A program made the position numbers and the translations under genes. A model generated the notes under the pieces. The model was given only the letters and a program-made list of their open reading frames with translations. It made no database searches and was not told the DNA's origin. This document shows, one piece after another, positions 62,546 through 64,000 of a DNA stretch of 64,000 nt (positions within the stretch are counted from its first letter, which is position 1; each line of letters begins with the position of its first letter). Source of the DNA: Octopus bimaculoides (taxonomy: Eukaryota); contig NC_068989.1 of assembly GCF_001194135.2 (NCBI RefSeq), positions 7,069,955 to 7,133,954 of the forward strand, in the 5' to 3' direction.

Positions 62546-62741
62546 ACCACATTTTAAGATTTTCCACTTATCGACACACCTGTCGCTTCACCGAGGCCTT
62601 GATCATTCTACGGCCCATCGTTCACTTGAAACCTGCATAAAGTAACCCTTTCGTGTCTAGGTTCTCATAAGTCCTCATCTGCCTAACCGTAGTGAAACAA
62701 AATGGCCAGGAAAATCGAAAGGTTTCGGGTTAGGGTTTCTT

Positions 62742-62832
62742 TTTGTCGAACCGCTAAGTTACGGTGACGTAAACACCAACATCGGTTGTCAAGCGATGGT
62801 GGGGGGACAAGCACAGACGCACAAACACATAC

Positions 62833-62875
<43 letters not shown>

Positions 62876-63040
62876 TACGACGGTCTTCTTTTAGTTTCCG
62901 TCTGCCAAATCCACACACAAGGCTTTGGTCAGCCCGAGGCTATAGTAGAAGACACTTGCCCAAGGTAACACACAGTGGGACTGAACCCAGAACCATGTGG
63001 TTCGTAAGCAAGCTACTTACCACACAGCCCCTCCTGTGCC
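62742..63040 (-). mobile_element. SINE family A, 3'-truncated
   Basis: Consensus match. Confidence 0.9.
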
Positions 63041-63689
63041 TTGTCAGTGAACAAGCCAAGCAAGTACCATAATTTCTTAATTTCTTCTTTCTGCGTTCTC
63101 TTTTAAAACGCATTCAGCTTCAACGTCCTTGCCATAAACTTTACATAATATTCTTTCATTGGCCTTATTTACTCCATTCCCAGCTTACAAAACCTCCACC
63201 TACCCAAAATGATGATTCATTGATCTTATTTACACCACTTCCCGCTTACAAAGCAAAACAAAAAAATATAAATAGGAGAAAAACATCCATTCAAATTAAA
63301 CTGAAACACACGCAAAATTTTGGCTTTATTCTTTTCAAAATAACGATTATCTTTGTTGAAACAAAACCATTTATTGTTTTCATAATTTTTAAGCAATAGA
63401 ATTTATAATTATTCATAACCAAAGATAACGAATTAAAAAGAAGAACTTAACTGATTATGTTACAAGCATGTTTCTGATATTTTCGTATTCTTTTGAGTTT
63501 TTACGCCTCTTAAAATCAAACTGCTAGCAGCAGTGTTTTGCATTATAATTTGAACTATCCTTCCTGAATTGAACATCAGCAAAGAATAAGTCTTTGGCTT
63601 CTAATAGACTTGCTGACAACTTTGAGTTAGGGATCTGTCATACGTTTTCTATAGGGTTCGACAGAAATGAATATATAATTTGTTATACT

Positions 63690-63909
63690 CTTTTACTCTT
63701 TTACTCTTTTACTTGTTTCAGTCATTTGACTGCGGCCATGCTGGAGCACCGCCTTTAGTCGAGCAAATCGACCCCAGGACTTATTCTTTGTAAGCCTAGT
63801 ACTTATTCTATCGGTCTCTTTTGCCGAACCGCTAAGTTAGGGGACGTAAACGCACCAGTAACTGTTGTCAAGTGATGTTGGGGGGACAAACACAGACACA
63901 CAAACATAT

Positions 63910-63961
<52 letters not shown>

Positions 63962-64000
63962 GACGGACTTTTTCAGTTTCCGTCTACCAAATCCACTCAC
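63690..64000 (-). mobile_element. SINE family A with a tandem (AGTAAAAG)n tail, runs off the window
   Basis: CTTTTACTCTTTTACTCTTTTACTTGTTTCAGTC... Confidence 0.92.

Noticed and set aside
60861-62557. 557-aa poly-Ile and related ORFs
   Set aside because: (CAT)n field plus N gap.
62683-62735. CCTAACCGTAGTGAA and GGGTTAGGG, a possible fourth telomeric MITE remnant
   Set aside because: Too short, with no TIR pair or TSD.

Overview
AT-rich, microsatellite-dense, gapped eukaryotic scaffold, most likely an octopus (inferred from recalled tRNA-derived SINE families and repeat load; not verified). One protein-coding gene is supported: a minus-strand Myb/SANT-like (MSANTD-type) DNA-binding protein with two phase-compatible coding exons (about 31.8-30.0 kb and 19.6-19.2 kb) separated by a 10.4 kb intron. 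Its 5' end is unresolved. There is one tRNA-Leu(CAG) copy that looks retroposed. The rest is mobile DNA: more than 50 SINE copies in at least four modular families, fragments of RTE and R4-clade non-LTR retrotransposons, a decayed DD37D (maT) transposase and several MITEs. Best second-look items: (1) small foldback elements with GG-initiated TIRs, 8-bp TSDs and internal TTAGGG repeats (Merlin-like); (2) a near-canonical minimal hammerhead ribozyme at 40.65 kb; (3) the tRNA with an 11-bp direct repeat overlapping its 3' end; (4) SINE 3'-tail swapping at an internal microsatellite. No CRISPR, rRNA or prokaryotic features. Almost all ORFs in the supplied track are microsatellite or N-gap artefacts. 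Repeat boundaries are estimated by eye (about +/-15 bp).
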